The notes: a model not told the origin generated them from the sequence alone. DNA of 64,000 nucleotides from a virus (IMGVR_UViG_3300031760_000049:4010-68009), one strand, 5' to 3'; positions 40,601 through 48,542 are shown, counted from the first letter of the stretch. Numbers and translations are program-made.

Positions 40601-41481
40601 CTCGATGCAGCAGCTACCTTTTGCATACCTGCCGCTAACTCTTGGAATGAAGATGAGGTAGTTGCAGCAACCTTAGCCATCTTATCTCCATAAGACTCCA
40701 TGTCCTCTGCTTTTGCTTGGAAACCATTCCAGATAGCAGTCATTTGGTCTGCGGCTGTTGCAGTATCTTGGTTAGTAACGTTAGCTACTTTTGTAGTAAT
40801 TTCAGCTTTTCGTTGAGCCTCTTGCTCTGTATCACCTTGTTGATAGTAAATTAAAGCAGCATTAGTTAAATCCGTAGTAGATGCACTTAAATTCTTTGCG
40901 GCTGTATTTGCCCATTGGGCAACACCTTTCATCTCTTGTGCACTTTTACCTGTAACGATACGAATATCATTTAATGAACTATCTAATTTTTGAGCAAAAC
41001 CATAAGCTTGACTTAAACTAGAAGTTAATCCATTAAAAACAGCAGATGATAATCCCCATTTAACAGTATTCTTCATCGTAGTGAACATACTATTTAATAA
41101 TTGATTACTCTCTTTAATTTGGACATTTGCTTTCATTACAGAAGAGCCAAATTGATTCCATGCAGTAACACCAGCTGCACCAGCTCCAGATAATTGTTGT
41201 TTATATTGTGCCAAACTTTTTCCAGAAGCTTTTAAACCTTGCGAAAAAGTTGCCATATTATAAGTTCCTAAATTACTATTCCAACTTTTATCTAATATAT
41301 TTTGAAGTTCCATTGCTGCACTTTTAGCATTTTTCAACTCTTGAGTCATTCCGCCATTCTTTTTTGCGGCACGTTCAACAGCAATACCAACATTACTTAA
41401 TTGGTCTTGCAATGCCTTAAAACTGGCGGTATCCGCCTTTGCGGCAATGGTAAATTCTATTCTATTTTGATTACCAGCCAT
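31618..41481 (-). CDS. Tail tape measure protein (TP901-type core)
   Basis: 3287 aa, mostly helical and A/Q/K-rich; core LDSSLNDIRIVTG...AALIYYQQG...ESVGTALKTIYARM; C-terminal GFKSGGYTG...LAWLHQKELILN. Confidence 0.92.
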   Translation of the reverse strand: MAGNQNRIEFTIAAKADTASFKALQDQLSNVGIAVERAAKKNGGMTQELKNAKSAAMELQNILDKSWNSNLGTYNMATFSQGLKASGKSLAQYKQQLSGAGAAGVTAWNQFGSSVMKANVQIKESNQLLNSMFTTMKNTVKWGLSSAVFNGLTSSLSQAYGFAQKLDSSLNDIRIVTGKSAQEMKGVAQWANTAAKNLSASTTDLTNAALIYYQQGDTEQEAQRKAEITTKVANVTNQDTATAADQMTAIWNGFQAKAEDMESYGDKMAKVAATTSSSFQELAAGMQKVAAASSTAGVSFDQLNAQMSTIVSVTREAPESVGTALKTIYARMGDLKTDGAATDEDGFTTKLGTVTADMSKMGINILDETGTMRELGDVIEEVGEKWQGWTRNQQEAAAVSLAGKRQYTQLIALFDNWDKYQSTLQVSQGAEGTLDEQQEIFEDRFTSAKKRLEAAKEQLYNDFFDVDEITPMIEAVGTLASSFDRLVKAFGGGTKALAAFGAMASKVFTKQINKEIATVMNNRAVEKNNIANANMKADMAKQGAADTKKAQEDFRQNLEKGMSDAQMQRSQAELKTAAGASKQFEIEAKYMQETARLQQSMTEEQKQEVEKRIRNLALLEKEKAELEEEARLIAEIAKSQGDTDLTEEKFNAKNNWGEKIIGERQDKVNAADAAVQTVESLNVSATDNIFDAEIANATTFEEKLDQINNTLSETDADQLTNSLRAAHGGVRDIQEQLKQANHEWELDLHSIQDVTQEEKRISQIIADMKTKEGSLSETEQKQLDQLKAKQGDLNDILDLYEKIKQAQQQGQNIVKNSKEHQNAKQDLENAKKYQQARQEANDKNGDIAHDTEQLDGIIKQAKDIDTVQQKVTMLTNGVSLLSSAWMGLSSLGQIWTDDDISTGEKLAQTITTLSMTLPMVISSWQGLTGAMNNYKASQEAINAIQSITNSQRATGILLTGAESKIIAKQLGIQTLKNIADKLGVEITEEDSAAQIANNILKAEGGAAALAEAGAHGILTGSFGALTASIWSATTAMWTFLTTTPIGWLILAAAAVVGLFVAFAKLHDYLEKNSPLAKAKEEAEQAKGATEQLADAVNELKGKYDELKSTISELNDVKDTLSGLTKGTVEWQEAVNTLNGKVLELIKLYPELATTLTTDEDGVMSVDSDALAKIQKEQADAIKVAQQTELQADAYANKANNKAKVIDKSIDIATSLNSEMYTWGEDGPEINESYMNYGAPMLSSDDVTAIVEKVSKGTDIKTALRDSFKATTGQTDYQIDKWLPQYLEANAESIAAMQELAGTISASGAEYKGIMNSASTQLLSGNATYENSEDKDALTALTEKQLEITEDDVKKAQEEHNIYEDNGADNQDNLDAVTKYFQELYNNKNLEVQYDEDSKKYQIKGSQDEDWTDVAQTPKETLQAAGEFFAVQAKTKSIDIQDNQNKIDEVQQKVATAEISQESANQLVNSLVKNNGKLTEEDLNSLSASDVPFLQNHIDYLQKVLSPYLEDLHIDSIDIGNLKSIENIDTPEGINTDDNTIGENKAVATNSIEGKKLLQQASKKGVDTGALATAMKGIDFTAVDVVGEFETKLEELGIILDESSPEYQAYIEYIAQINNKFRDGATQISGYSTALKGIEGVKVGDIISTEDYGALDESVKQFFEDVGDGTYKAVAGYDKMKKAVQEAYKMTEKDVLIHSEQSVQNMYADELKDLDDLDRAYADGIINEKAYEAQIDKRAEAAIEAGEMTREAYDSQIQSLETAIVKEQDLQKKSKQTEQMAKRLAAAINRQNAGFKSLSANIEDNIKNLKRLDKTSTEYQNSLANMKSSVSDIFNVDTSNISDSFITDNLDLLEKLSKGGKKAKAVYQELKTELANNQITMNIDESKIQGDVKNLEDDLTSQIEALDLPNLEVGASIDDSEYVATLENMVESGAITAAAAQQALSAIGFEAEPIYKTIREPIVEWSSESTNGNTAGASEMANHMKTVPVIKRYTEATVFAGLKTGSGGGYKGGDVSLPSASSNTSSGGGGSKGSGGSGKSGSNKVEKMDNDYDPYEKWEERLTQIQKKLDDIATISQNLDGEEYAKSLDEQNKLLEQRQKILKKEWNVAKKESNRSAKAMTGKRVKDPVTGEVTSLKAAARKAKLTYKPIYQRDENGKIMKDDLGKKIVDNQKTRALMVKKANKKKGKARENAQKFITDKLDPAISKNQESRDKYSEIDSKMKQEFEDWIQNRIDANSARFQVFIDTKQAQKDLDELNIDKLEQQLTKLDYDLSKTQRKLDNSAGIDKLAAYDEEQQNHINKAQTYGSNAVQKKKEVDDDTTNIKEAITTTNDLKGNNFPKGRQNKLKAIADSIQIGNDGEITNGDAILKALQNEEGEIDKALATKPTKRDVAKWKEYKAAVKELYDYVKSELSEQSSDLKDYYSNLSSADDERQAAEESAFAKFQYEWEIKIKDDEAKKAINQLGIELNKALQVEGDVFGKVLTALDESKNATLDFTTIIGEAASVSTRIDQEILKGEFNTLSDTVEMAETTRESLQNSISTMTSQISNLINLIPEVVGKSYSIFEEWHSMLERSNKMINTQSSIWKEFSDGSYSGLANNFLAQQTVNAVNENETLATMMPTYERNWKNSKTNFEKMQKVYYDSLTNNSLTTEQKRQITADYKRVSEEFKANEKKYTQSLDQMVANITTQISNSVTMMKNTICDIVEDSFADIAGQTLKASQTAYNWLQTTSKRYLDQTENPYQISQFSAYAEKAIADTDVVSNQLRLTSVYKEQLKILQEKDKLTQYDVDRAQKLLDLEIKRQALEDARNNKTSLKLRRDQSGNYSYQYVADEKKIAQAQSDYDKSKNDVYEMDKSNLASATSTFYSDMQAMQDELKRAYQAATDKNGEVDLEAFNAERDKIRTKYQDAMSSNASEVMIRFNNLKQSSGLDWENMDDASRESALRAAGIDPDILNTIQEFSDVNDWGTWFDSNFGEGSSYNKTIQSTIEQIMTLDDQLKELRETYEQNIPIVTDTMEKMQEAETESNTLRSQIKVQIQSLLEQIKLAYESIDKLTAKIEKINGTGNTDTSNATTNNSENSEQKKSEPLKGDSVNVSIGALYDKNGNKKKEKVSSASTKGWKIVSIDKSKSHPYKVSKNGKEGWVGLKRLSGFKSGGYTGEWNDKTGEKDNGKLAWLHQKELILNAKDTENMLTTVGMVRDLTGMLKNMQLDAFHQTFGMLEKYSPARPDGHTNTNNTNTTQTVHINANFPNVSDSNQIEKAFKNLANIALQKAAKATDMTTAQTTL

Positions 41482-41515
41482 TCCTTATTCCTCCTCTTTT
41501 TATGGGCATTAAAAA

Positions 41516-41552
41516 ATATCCCTACTATTATAGTATATAATAGTAGGGATAT
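41516..41552 (-). terminator. Perfect 17-bp hairpin/terminator just upstream of the tape measure gene
   Basis: ATATCCCTACTATTATA-GTA-TATAATAGTAGGGATAT followed by a T run on the minus strand. Confidence 0.75.
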
Positions 41553-41576
41553 AAATATTATCTATTTTTGTCCTAT

Positions 41577-42134
41577 TTATTTTACTGGTTGATTTGTCTT
41601 AATGTCACGCCCGCCATTAGCCGCCTGCGCAAAATCAACTACATTCTGAAATTGTTCTGGATTAAAGCTATCCATAATCTTACCAAACTGTTCCGCCTGA
41701 TTTGGCAAATCGTTAATTAATGAACGAATAGCCCCGCCAGCACGCGAATTATACTCTGCTAAATTAGTAGACATATCTTCAACCATTTCTATTAAATATT
41801 TGTACTCACTATCTGGAATAAGTTTAATGACCTCGTCCATAATACCATTACTAACTAAAGCATCATAAATCTTTTCAGGGTCTTCTTTCTGTTTTTCTGT
41901 AAAAGAAATATCTGTATACATATAAACAAGATATAAATGGAAGAAATAATCAATCTTTAATGGATTATATATGGCATCTTCCTTTGCATTCTCAAGTGTT
42001 ATCATAACTAAATCATATTTATCCCTAATAGGTAAATATTGCAATACATTAATAGCATCCATATCTTCTGAAAACTTAAAACTTTTAGTCTCAGAATTTA
42101 ATTTTAATTTCATATTAGCAAATGTTGCTTTCAT
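41577..42134 (-). CDS. Hypothetical protein (tail-assembly-chaperone position)
   Basis: 185-aa acidic helical ORF with RBS, immediately upstream of the tape measure gene. Confidence 0.55.
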   Translation of the reverse strand: MKATFANMKLKLNSETKSFKFSEDMDAINVLQYLPIRDKYDLVMITLENAKEDAIYNPLKIDYFFHLYLVYMYTDISFTEKQKEDPEKIYDALVSNGIMDEVIKLIPDSEYKYLIEMVEDMSTNLAEYNSRAGGAIRSLINDLPNQAEQFGKIMDSFNPEQFQNVVDFAQAANGGRDIKTNQPVK

Positions 42135-42167
42135 AACCTTTTATCTCCTTTTCAAGTTCTTTTTATT

Positions 42168-42196
42168 ATTATAACACAAAATTTTTGTGTTGTCAA
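42168..42196 (-). promoter_or_regulatory. Consensus sigma-A promoter with palindromic spacer
   Basis: TTGACA-ACACAAAAATTTTGTGT-TATAAT; AACACAAAA/TTTTGTGTT is an inverted repeat. Confidence 0.8.
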
Positions 42197-43299
42197 GATG
42201 TTCTAACTGATGAAATAACTGCTTGTAATAATGACTCATGAACATGAGAGGCGCTAGTCGTAGAGTGACTATTTATATACTCTTGGATTAGTGCTGCTGT
42301 GCTATACACCTCAATATTACTAGTCTGGCCACCTTCTCCACCAAAATTTCTTTGTAAAAATAGAAATTCTGCAACAGGAAGATACTTTCCGCTTGAACCA
42401 ATTAAACCAGTACCCATTAACTCATAAGTCATTTGTAAATGTCGTTTATGTGCGACAAACTCTGATGAGTTTTTTGAACGAGAATTTTTCATATGATTCC
42501 ATACATGAGTTCGCTCTTCTGTAGAATACCCTAATGCTGCAAGTGTACCAGTAATAGACTTAAATTCTTGTACCGCTTTACCTATGGCAATACCACCACT
42601 CTGAATAGTAGTATTTTGATAGTTTTTAATAGTATAGGTATGACCGCTTAATAATTGAGCTAATTTTTCAAAATCATTTAACTCTACATCTCCCCTAAAA
42701 CTAATCTCTCCTACCTGTGCGTCAATCTTTTGAGCAAACTTTGTAAAAGATTTTAACATTGAAGTTTTTTCTGCCTCTTGTTTTGCGACTGACTTAAATT
42801 TCTTTGTCATGTTTGATACTAGCTGCTCTGAATCAATAATAGATGCAGTTTTTTTACCTGTGTTTATTGCAGCCCCTACTCCAATTTCGATATGTTGACT
42901 GTATTCTGTAATAGCATTAACCATTGCAACAAAAGCAAACTCAATAATATCATCATAATGAGCATCTAACAAACGCCGTCCAATATTATATCCATGCGCG
43001 CGTTCATGAGCACGACCAAATAAAATTGCATAATCCTTTCCCAATTCTTGCTCTGCTTTTTGATGCATAATAGAATTTATATTTTGTGCAAAAATATTAT
43101 CTTTAGTAGTTGCTTCTTTTTCAGCATCTTTCATTAGTTTTAAACATTTATTAAATTGTTGTTGAATTTCCATAGCCAATGCTTGAGATGCTTTTGCAGA
43201 TTGAGTTTGTAAAAACTCATTAGTTAATTCGTCATGAATTTGTGTTAAATGCTGAAGGGCAGTTTGTCCCTTTATAAAACGACCATCAGACATTTCCAT
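42193..43299 (-). CDS. Hypothetical protein
   Basis: 368-aa ORF with RBS AAGGAGG. Confidence 0.7.
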   Translation of the reverse strand: MEMSDGRFIKGQTALQHLTQIHDELTNEFLQTQSAKASQALAMEIQQQFNKCLKLMKDAEKEATTKDNIFAQNINSIMHQKAEQELGKDYAILFGRAHERAHGYNIGRRLLDAHYDDIIEFAFVAMVNAITEYSQHIEIGVGAAINTGKKTASIIDSEQLVSNMTKKFKSVAKQEAEKTSMLKSFTKFAQKIDAQVGEISFRGDVELNDFEKLAQLLSGHTYTIKNYQNTTIQSGGIAIGKAVQEFKSITGTLAALGYSTEERTHVWNHMKNSRSKNSSEFVAHKRHLQMTYELMGTGLIGSSGKYLPVAEFLFLQRNFGGEGGQTSNIEVYSTAALIQEYINSHSTTSASHVHESLLQAVISSVRTS

Positions 43300-43317
43300 C
43301 CCTCCTTAAATGCAAAA

Positions 43318-43345
43318 AACGGGAAAGCATTTCCGCTTTCCCGTT
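43318..43345 (-). terminator. Intrinsic terminator after tail tube operon
   Basis: AACGGGAAAGC/GCTTTCCCGTT 11-bp stem plus T run. Confidence 0.85.
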
Positions 43346-43427
43346 ATATTATTTACTCTGTCATCATACTCACTATCTTCTAATGAATATATAATTATCT
43401 ATAGTTTTGTCAGTTTAAGTAATATTA

Positions 43428-43841
43428 TCAGGGTGTATTTCCCTCTTCATCACCATTCTCACTTATACTGGGTGTGGCTCCTCCTTTGTCACCATCATTA
43501 TCGGTTCCTTCCACGGTACTTTCTCCTGTACTGGATGTACTTCCTCCTGTACTGGATGTACTTCCTTCTTCCTCAGTACCCTCGCCTGTACTAAGCTGGC
43601 TCCAACCATTTTCGATACCACCCACAGCAGTTACAACTGCAGCTACATCAGTAGCCGCCTTAATTGTAGCAATAACATCAGTTGCTCCAAGAACTGTCGC
43701 AATACCAACTGCTTCTGCTTTTGCAACATTTACATCTTGTTCTCCTTCGATAACTGCTATTGCATCTGCCTTAATAATAACACTATCTGCCGTAGCGGCA
43801 TTTAAGCGAGACTCATTATTGTATACTAAATTCTCTGCCAT
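43428..43841 (-). CDS. Small Ala/Val-rich protein with acidic low-complexity tail
   Basis: RBS AAGGAG; includes a 21-nt tandem repeat (GSTSSTG x2); follows the tail tube gene. Confidence 0.7.
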   Translation of the reverse strand: MAENLVYNNESRLNAATADSVIIKADAIAVIEGEQDVNVAKAEAVGIATVLGATDVIATIKAATDVAAVVTAVGGIENGWSQLSTGEGTEEEGSTSSTGGSTSSTGESTVEGTDNDGDKGGATPSISENGDEEGNTP

Positions 43842-43862
43842 AATTGTTATTCTCCTTTCTTA

Positions 43863-44738
43863 TTAGTGAGGCATTACTGATTCCCAGTTAACCTGTGCAG
43901 CTTCATTATCCTCAACTACCTGAATAACACAAAGAACTTTCTTTGTCTGGTCAAAGTAAGTATAACCAGGGAACGCATCCATTGTAAATGTGAATGTTGA
44001 AGGATCTCCTGTACTTGCCATTGTAAATGTAAAATTAGATTGAATCTTAACATTTGGTAATGTAAGAATTGCAGGCATATCAACACCTGTATCCTGACGA
44101 CGGAATAATGTATCTGCTTCTACATAGTAGAATCCAGCAAAATTCTCAGCATCAATCTGAATTTCAGATACAGATTCAGCAGCACGAGCTACATAATAAT
44201 CTACAATAACTGTTTTACCATTTAATGAAGAATCAGCAACATGAAGCTTTTTCTTGTCTTTATCTACAACATCTGCCTGATACATTTTACCTGTTGCAGA
44301 ACCATCTGCTTCCATACCTAAAATAAATAATGGAGCATTAACACATAATTCCTCACTTGGAGCAATAGCTTCACTCAAATCAATAGTTCCATCTGTGAAA
44401 TCTACTAATGCAGGAGTTGTTACGTGAACATTAACTGTCTTAGTCTTATCTGTACCCTTAATAAGTCCAGCACCAGATAAGATTGAAAAACCAATAGGTG
44501 AAAGTAAAGCATCTTCGACTGTAAATGTTAAAGTCTTCTCACCTTCCCAAGCAATCAATCTTGTATTTCCACGACCACCTTGTGCATATACAGTTGTAGC
44601 TGCACCTTCTAATGTAGAAGTAGTAGCTGTATCAATATAAAGAACTGGTTGTTTAGCTTGGAATGTAGTATTACCGATTTTCACTGCACTCTTTGCACGG
44701 AAAACCACGTTTGCTATTTCGCGAACACCAAACTTCAT
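43863..44738 (-). CDS. Major tail (tube) protein
   Basis: Beta-rich, 291 aa: YAQGGRGNTRLIAWEGEKTLTFTVEDAL...FTFTMASTGDPSTFTFTMDA; highly expressed codon style; position after the neck genes. Confidence 0.75.
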   Translation of the reverse strand: MKFGVREIANVVFRAKSAVKIGNTTFQAKQPVLYIDTATTSTLEGAATTVYAQGGRGNTRLIAWEGEKTLTFTVEDALLSPIGFSILSGAGLIKGTDKTKTVNVHVTTPALVDFTDGTIDLSEAIAPSEELCVNAPLFILGMEADGSATGKMYQADVVDKDKKKLHVADSSLNGKTVIVDYYVARAAESVSEIQIDAENFAGFYYVEADTLFRRQDTGVDMPAILTLPNVKIQSNFTFTMASTGDPSTFTFTMDAFPGYTYFDQTKKVLCVIQVVEDNEAAQVNWESVMPH

Positions 44739-44771
44739 ATATTTTTTCCTCCTTAAAAATAAGTCTTAAAA

Positions 44772-45530
44772 TTAAGAATGAATGTCTTTCATCCAATTTT
44801 CAGCTTCATCCATACCAGTTGCGCCTGCCATCTTAGCAGCAAAATAATGTTGCCAAGCATCATTTAAGTTATAACGCTCTAACTGGTCGTCAATTTGATA
44901 AAGGGTATAGTGCATCACTTTATCTAGCGGCAAATGCAATGCTACTGCTAAAATAGATGCATATCTGCTATAAATTGAAATCTTCTCAGCCTTACCATTA
45001 TTCAATTTCTCCCTACGCTTTTTAAACTTTTCTGCCAAAGCCCTTGCTTTAGGACCGCTTGGATTGTAAGATACTTGTTGTCCTGACTGTTTATTTAATA
45101 AACATATTTCTTGAATTATAGCTTTGAAAGCATCATAATTCATCATATTTAATGATTTAGGTGTTTCATTAGGCTTAGTTAAAATAATACCAGTAGGTTG
45201 TATCTCTGGAGTCCATCCTGGAAATAAAATGGTTAAAACTAACATTGCGGCTTCTACACGTTTTTGAATATCAGTATCAGACTGATGAGTTGCACCCATC
45301 ATTATTGACATTAGTATTTCAAAATCACTTTTAGACTCTAAACGACTTCTGTCCACTTCTGTCAATTTATCTTTAGAAAAGTTTAATAGGTCAATGCCTA
45401 AAAAATAATTTTTCTCCGTGATATATGCAATATCATCTGGTGTTAATGGGTGTATCATTAGCTCAGCCTCAGGAAAAGGAATGTCATGTCCGCTTAATAA
45501 CATTAAGTCATCAATGAACATGATTATCAC
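44772..45530 (-). CDS. Putative tail assembly/completion protein
   Basis: Position between neck genes and tail tube; helical C-terminus YTLYQIDDQLERY. Confidence 0.5.
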   Translation of the reverse strand: MIIMFIDDLMLLSGHDIPFPEAELMIHPLTPDDIAYITEKNYFLGIDLLNFSKDKLTEVDRSRLESKSDFEILMSIMMGATHQSDTDIQKRVEAAMLVLTILFPGWTPEIQPTGIILTKPNETPKSLNMMNYDAFKAIIQEICLLNKQSGQQVSYNPSGPKARALAEKFKKRREKLNNGKAEKISIYSRYASILAVALHLPLDKVMHYTLYQIDDQLERYNLNDAWQHYFAAKMAGATGMDEAENWMKDIHS

Positions 45531-46108
45531 TCCTCTCTAGGAATTTCATCATCACTTCCATGTATAGCTTTATACATAATTGTATATCCACTAAAATGCT
45601 CATTCAAGCGAATAAAGTCTGCTCCCATAAATTGAAAAGTACCAATACCTGATAATCGACAGCCATCTAAAATGCCATCAACATAACCAGCCATCTTAAT
45701 AGGTCTTAAACGATAATCTCCTAAACGCCATAAATCTCTATGTACAATACAGTCAATCGTGACAATACAATCACGGAATTCTGGGTTAGAGTCATTTCTA
45801 GTAAATTTACTAAAAGTAATACCGAGCATACTTTTTTTCTCTTCAAATTCATCAATGTTAATATTTGGCGTATCAATAATATATTCATTATCAATAAGCC
45901 ATTTAATATTAGCATCTTTAATTGCTTTTACATAAATAGGATTTGTCATATTGTCTAAACAATCATCACTGTTAATGACTAATAAACTTTTTAATATATC
46001 ACTATAAGGTCGTGATTCAATAAATAGTTTACGCAAAATAGTTTCTGTATCTTTTTCTACTGATAAAAAAGATGACGGAAACGGTTTTTTTGCTAATGGT
46101 CTATACAT
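45527..46108 (-). CDS. Putative tail terminator/neck protein
   Basis: Position and alpha/beta pattern (VTIDCIVHRDLW...LRPIKMAGYVDGIL). Confidence 0.5.
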   Translation of the reverse strand: MYRPLAKKPFPSSFLSVEKDTETILRKLFIESRPYSDILKSLLVINSDDCLDNMTNPIYVKAIKDANIKWLIDNEYIIDTPNINIDEFEEKKSMLGITFSKFTRNDSNPEFRDCIVTIDCIVHRDLWRLGDYRLRPIKMAGYVDGILDGCRLSGIGTFQFMGADFIRLNEHFSGYTIMYKAIHGSDDEIPREE

Positions 46109-46128
46109 ATCCTTTTATCTCCTTTCTC

Positions 46129-47079
46129 TTACATTGAGTCGATAATAATTTCAACCGTATCAATAACGGTATCTCCAACAATGTAAGACAAATTAAACTT
46201 TCCACTTTTTCCTGTGACCACTTCTAAAGTCACAAAAGTAGGTGAAGATTCTAAAATTTTAGCTTTTTTATTATCTATCATCCATTCTCCCGCCTGTTCT
46301 GATTTTATCTCATAAGATTTAATATCATATGGATATATATGTTGCTCTCCAATAATTTTAGTTTCTTGCGGAGGTATAACAGGCTCAACTTCTTTAGCTT
46401 CATCTGCGATAGTAGTTTTAAAATACTCTAATAATACTAATTGAATAATCCCATCTCCCGCATACCAATCAATAGCTTGAACTTGATATGGAAGTCCATC
46501 AATTTTAACTTCTTTAAAACGATGAAAATACTCAGAAGTTTCTTCATTTTTAGTAATATATACTTCCAATGAATAATTAGGATTATTAAAACTTTTATTA
46601 TCTTTAGACAGCCAGTTGATTTTTGTTTCAACTGGTCCGCGCACATATACATCATAAGGATGTCCATTTACATCCGCGACACCCTCACATTTTCTACACT
46701 CCGCCCTAAAATATGCAATTTCTTGTTTATACTGCATATAAACAATCCATTTACTACCATCTTCGCGCCAAGTAAATACATCACCTGGTTTTAAACCTAT
46801 ATCCACTAATCCTTGAGTTGTAGTTCCAACTTTAGGCGCGTTCATATCCACACACTGATAAGGAATAGATAAAATCTTCATATCATAATCAGGTTTTAGA
46901 TTATCTGGATTTAATAAACATCTAAAAGCTTTTCCTTCTTGAGTTTCAAGAGTAACAGTTTGATAAGCATGGTTTATTGCAGAGCGCAGACTCCACAATT
47001 TGTCGGCTACCATCCTATCATGCTGTTTTGCCCCGCCACGAAAATTCAGACGAGTCTCTAAATTATCTAAATAAGACAA
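46129..47079 (-). CDS. Putative head-closure/neck protein with C-terminal Ig-like domain
   Basis: Beta-barrel-like LKPGDVFTW...KWIVY segment and a C-terminal beta-sandwich; position after the adaptor gene. Confidence 0.5.
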   Translation of the reverse strand: MSYLDNLETRLNFRGGAKQHDRMVADKLWSLRSAINHAYQTVTLETQEGKAFRCLLNPDNLKPDYDMKILSIPYQCVDMNAPKVGTTTQGLVDIGLKPGDVFTWREDGSKWIVYMQYKQEIAYFRAECRKCEGVADVNGHPYDVYVRGPVETKINWLSKDNKSFNNPNYSLEVYITKNEETSEYFHRFKEVKIDGLPYQVQAIDWYAGDGIIQLVLLEYFKTTIADEAKEVEPVIPPQETKIIGEQHIYPYDIKSYEIKSEQAGEWMIDNKKAKILESSPTFVTLEVVTGKSGKFNLSYIVGDTVIDTVEIIIDSM

Positions 47080-47384
47080 TCTTTTAATAGACTGTTCATT
47101 AGATTAAGACAATCAAAAATTGTTCTACGAAATAAGAAAAAATCTTCATCCTTGTCTAAAGTGAACAGCCCCTCCAATTTACATAATAATGGAAAGAATA
47201 CTTCTTGATTGCCGACACATAATCTTTCCATACCTGATAGTTCCACTATCAAAGTTTCCAAAGGTTTTACCCAATCAATTCCTTCTTCACGATTAGGTAA
47301 TAACTTATAAATTTGATTAGTAATACGTTCTAAATCACGTCTTATTACATCATCATCAATAGTAACATTATATTTTAGTTCCAC
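47067..47384 (-). CDS. Hypothetical helical neck-region protein
   Basis: 105-aa ORF overlapping both neighbours. Confidence 0.55.
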   Translation of the reverse strand: MELKYNVTIDDDVIRRDLERITNQIYKLLPNREEGIDWVKPLETLIVELSGMERLCVGNQEVFFPLLCKLEGLFTLDKDEDFFLFRRTIFDCLNLMNSLLKDCLI

Positions 47385-47881
47385 TCATCTAGCCCCCTTC
47401 GTTTATAATCAGGGGAAGTAGACATAATATCACCAAAAGTAGAACGCATGATACCATTTTCGTCTGCTCTTCTGCGTTTATAAAGTCTCTGTAAATGAAA
47501 TCCTTTCTGAAGATATTCTTCTTTTAAATCTTTCAATTTACTCATATGGTTTGCTTGAGAAGTAGTTTTAAAGTCTGCGCCAGTAAATTTCATCCGAACA
47601 AGTTCACATGACGCTAATTGTTGGTCAAACCAAGGTTGCATCATATAAACTGCTAATACATTAATTTCCTCTTCTGTTAATGAAATATTAAATTGTTCTA
47701 ACTCTTCATCATAATCATTAAGATTCTGACGTGGGAACTCAAACCACTGAACAGCCGCCATTAGATATTCTAACAAGGCGGCTTCAGTTTCTTCTCTTGT
47801 TATTTCCATAAACATATCATCTGTTACATAAGTAAAGAATTTTTTATAAATTGCAGAAAAGGGTGTATACTGAATTGCCAT
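47375..47881 (-). CDS. Putative head-tail adaptor
   Basis: Helical 168-aa protein two genes after the capsid; LTEEEINVLAVYM...SQANHMSKL. Confidence 0.55.
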   Translation of the reverse strand: MAIQYTPFSAIYKKFFTYVTDDMFMEITREETEAALLEYLMAAVQWFEFPRQNLNDYDEELEQFNISLTEEEINVLAVYMMQPWFDQQLASCELVRMKFTGADFKTTSQANHMSKLKDLKEEYLQKGFHLQRLYKRRRADENGIMRSTFGDIMSTSPDYKRRGLDEWN

Positions 47882-47898
47882 AATACACCTCCTTATAT

Positions 47899-48489
47899 TT
47901 ATTCTACAACATTATATTTTCTATCTGTAAAAGTTTCTGATTTAATAGGTGTAGCTTTGCGAGTCGGCTCGGAAGGCTCTTCCTTAATAGGTGCAGCTTT
48001 ACGAGTTTTCTTCTCTGGCTCTGCAACCTTCTCAACATCCGCTTCTAATAATTTAATAGCATTAGAAATATCAAAACCTAATTTCTCTTTAATCATTTCG
48101 CGCTTACGATTATCATTTAATCTTGTACTAATGGCAATATCTTTCATTTGCTCTATAATACCTTCTGGCGCAAAATTTAAGAAATCTTCAAATTGAGCAA
48201 TAGTACCAGATTCTAATAATTTATGTATATCTTCCGTAGTATAAAAATATTCTGGTTCAACTTCGCCAAGTAATTCTTCTAATGCTTCTTTATTATGAAT
48301 AGTTAAATAAGATTCCATTAGACGGTGTCCGCCCTTATTATACGATAATGCACGTAACTCTTCCATTTCAACCTTTTTATGTTCATATGGGTTAAAATGA
48401 CGAACTAAATTATTACGCTCCGGAATTGTATATGCCACAACACCGTTAATCTTATTGCTAATCTCTACTATATCTTTATCATTCAACAT
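47899..48489 (-). CDS. Hypothetical head-associated protein
   Basis: 196-aa ORF after the capsid gene, with a repeated TRKAxPIKxE tail. Confidence 0.6.
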   Translation of the reverse strand: MLNDKDIVEISNKINGVVAYTIPERNNLVRHFNPYEHKKVEMEELRALSYNKGGHRLMESYLTIHNKEALEELLGEVEPEYFYTTEDIHKLLESGTIAQFEDFLNFAPEGIIEQMKDIAISTRLNDNRKREMIKEKLGFDISNAIKLLEADVEKVAEPEKKTRKAAPIKEEPSEPTRKATPIKSETFTDRKYNVVE

Positions 48490-48520
48490 ATTTTTTAATC
48501 TCCTTTTATATCCAAAAAAT

Positions 48521-48542
48521 CGGGGAGATTTTCATCTCCCCG
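48521..48542 (-). terminator. Intrinsic terminator after major capsid gene
   Basis: CGGGGAGAT/ATCTCCCCG stem followed by a T run on the minus strand. Confidence 0.85.

Noticed and set aside
41577-45530. Programmed -1 frameshift of tail assembly chaperones
   Set aside because: No slippery heptamer followed by an overlapping open frame could be identified with confidence.
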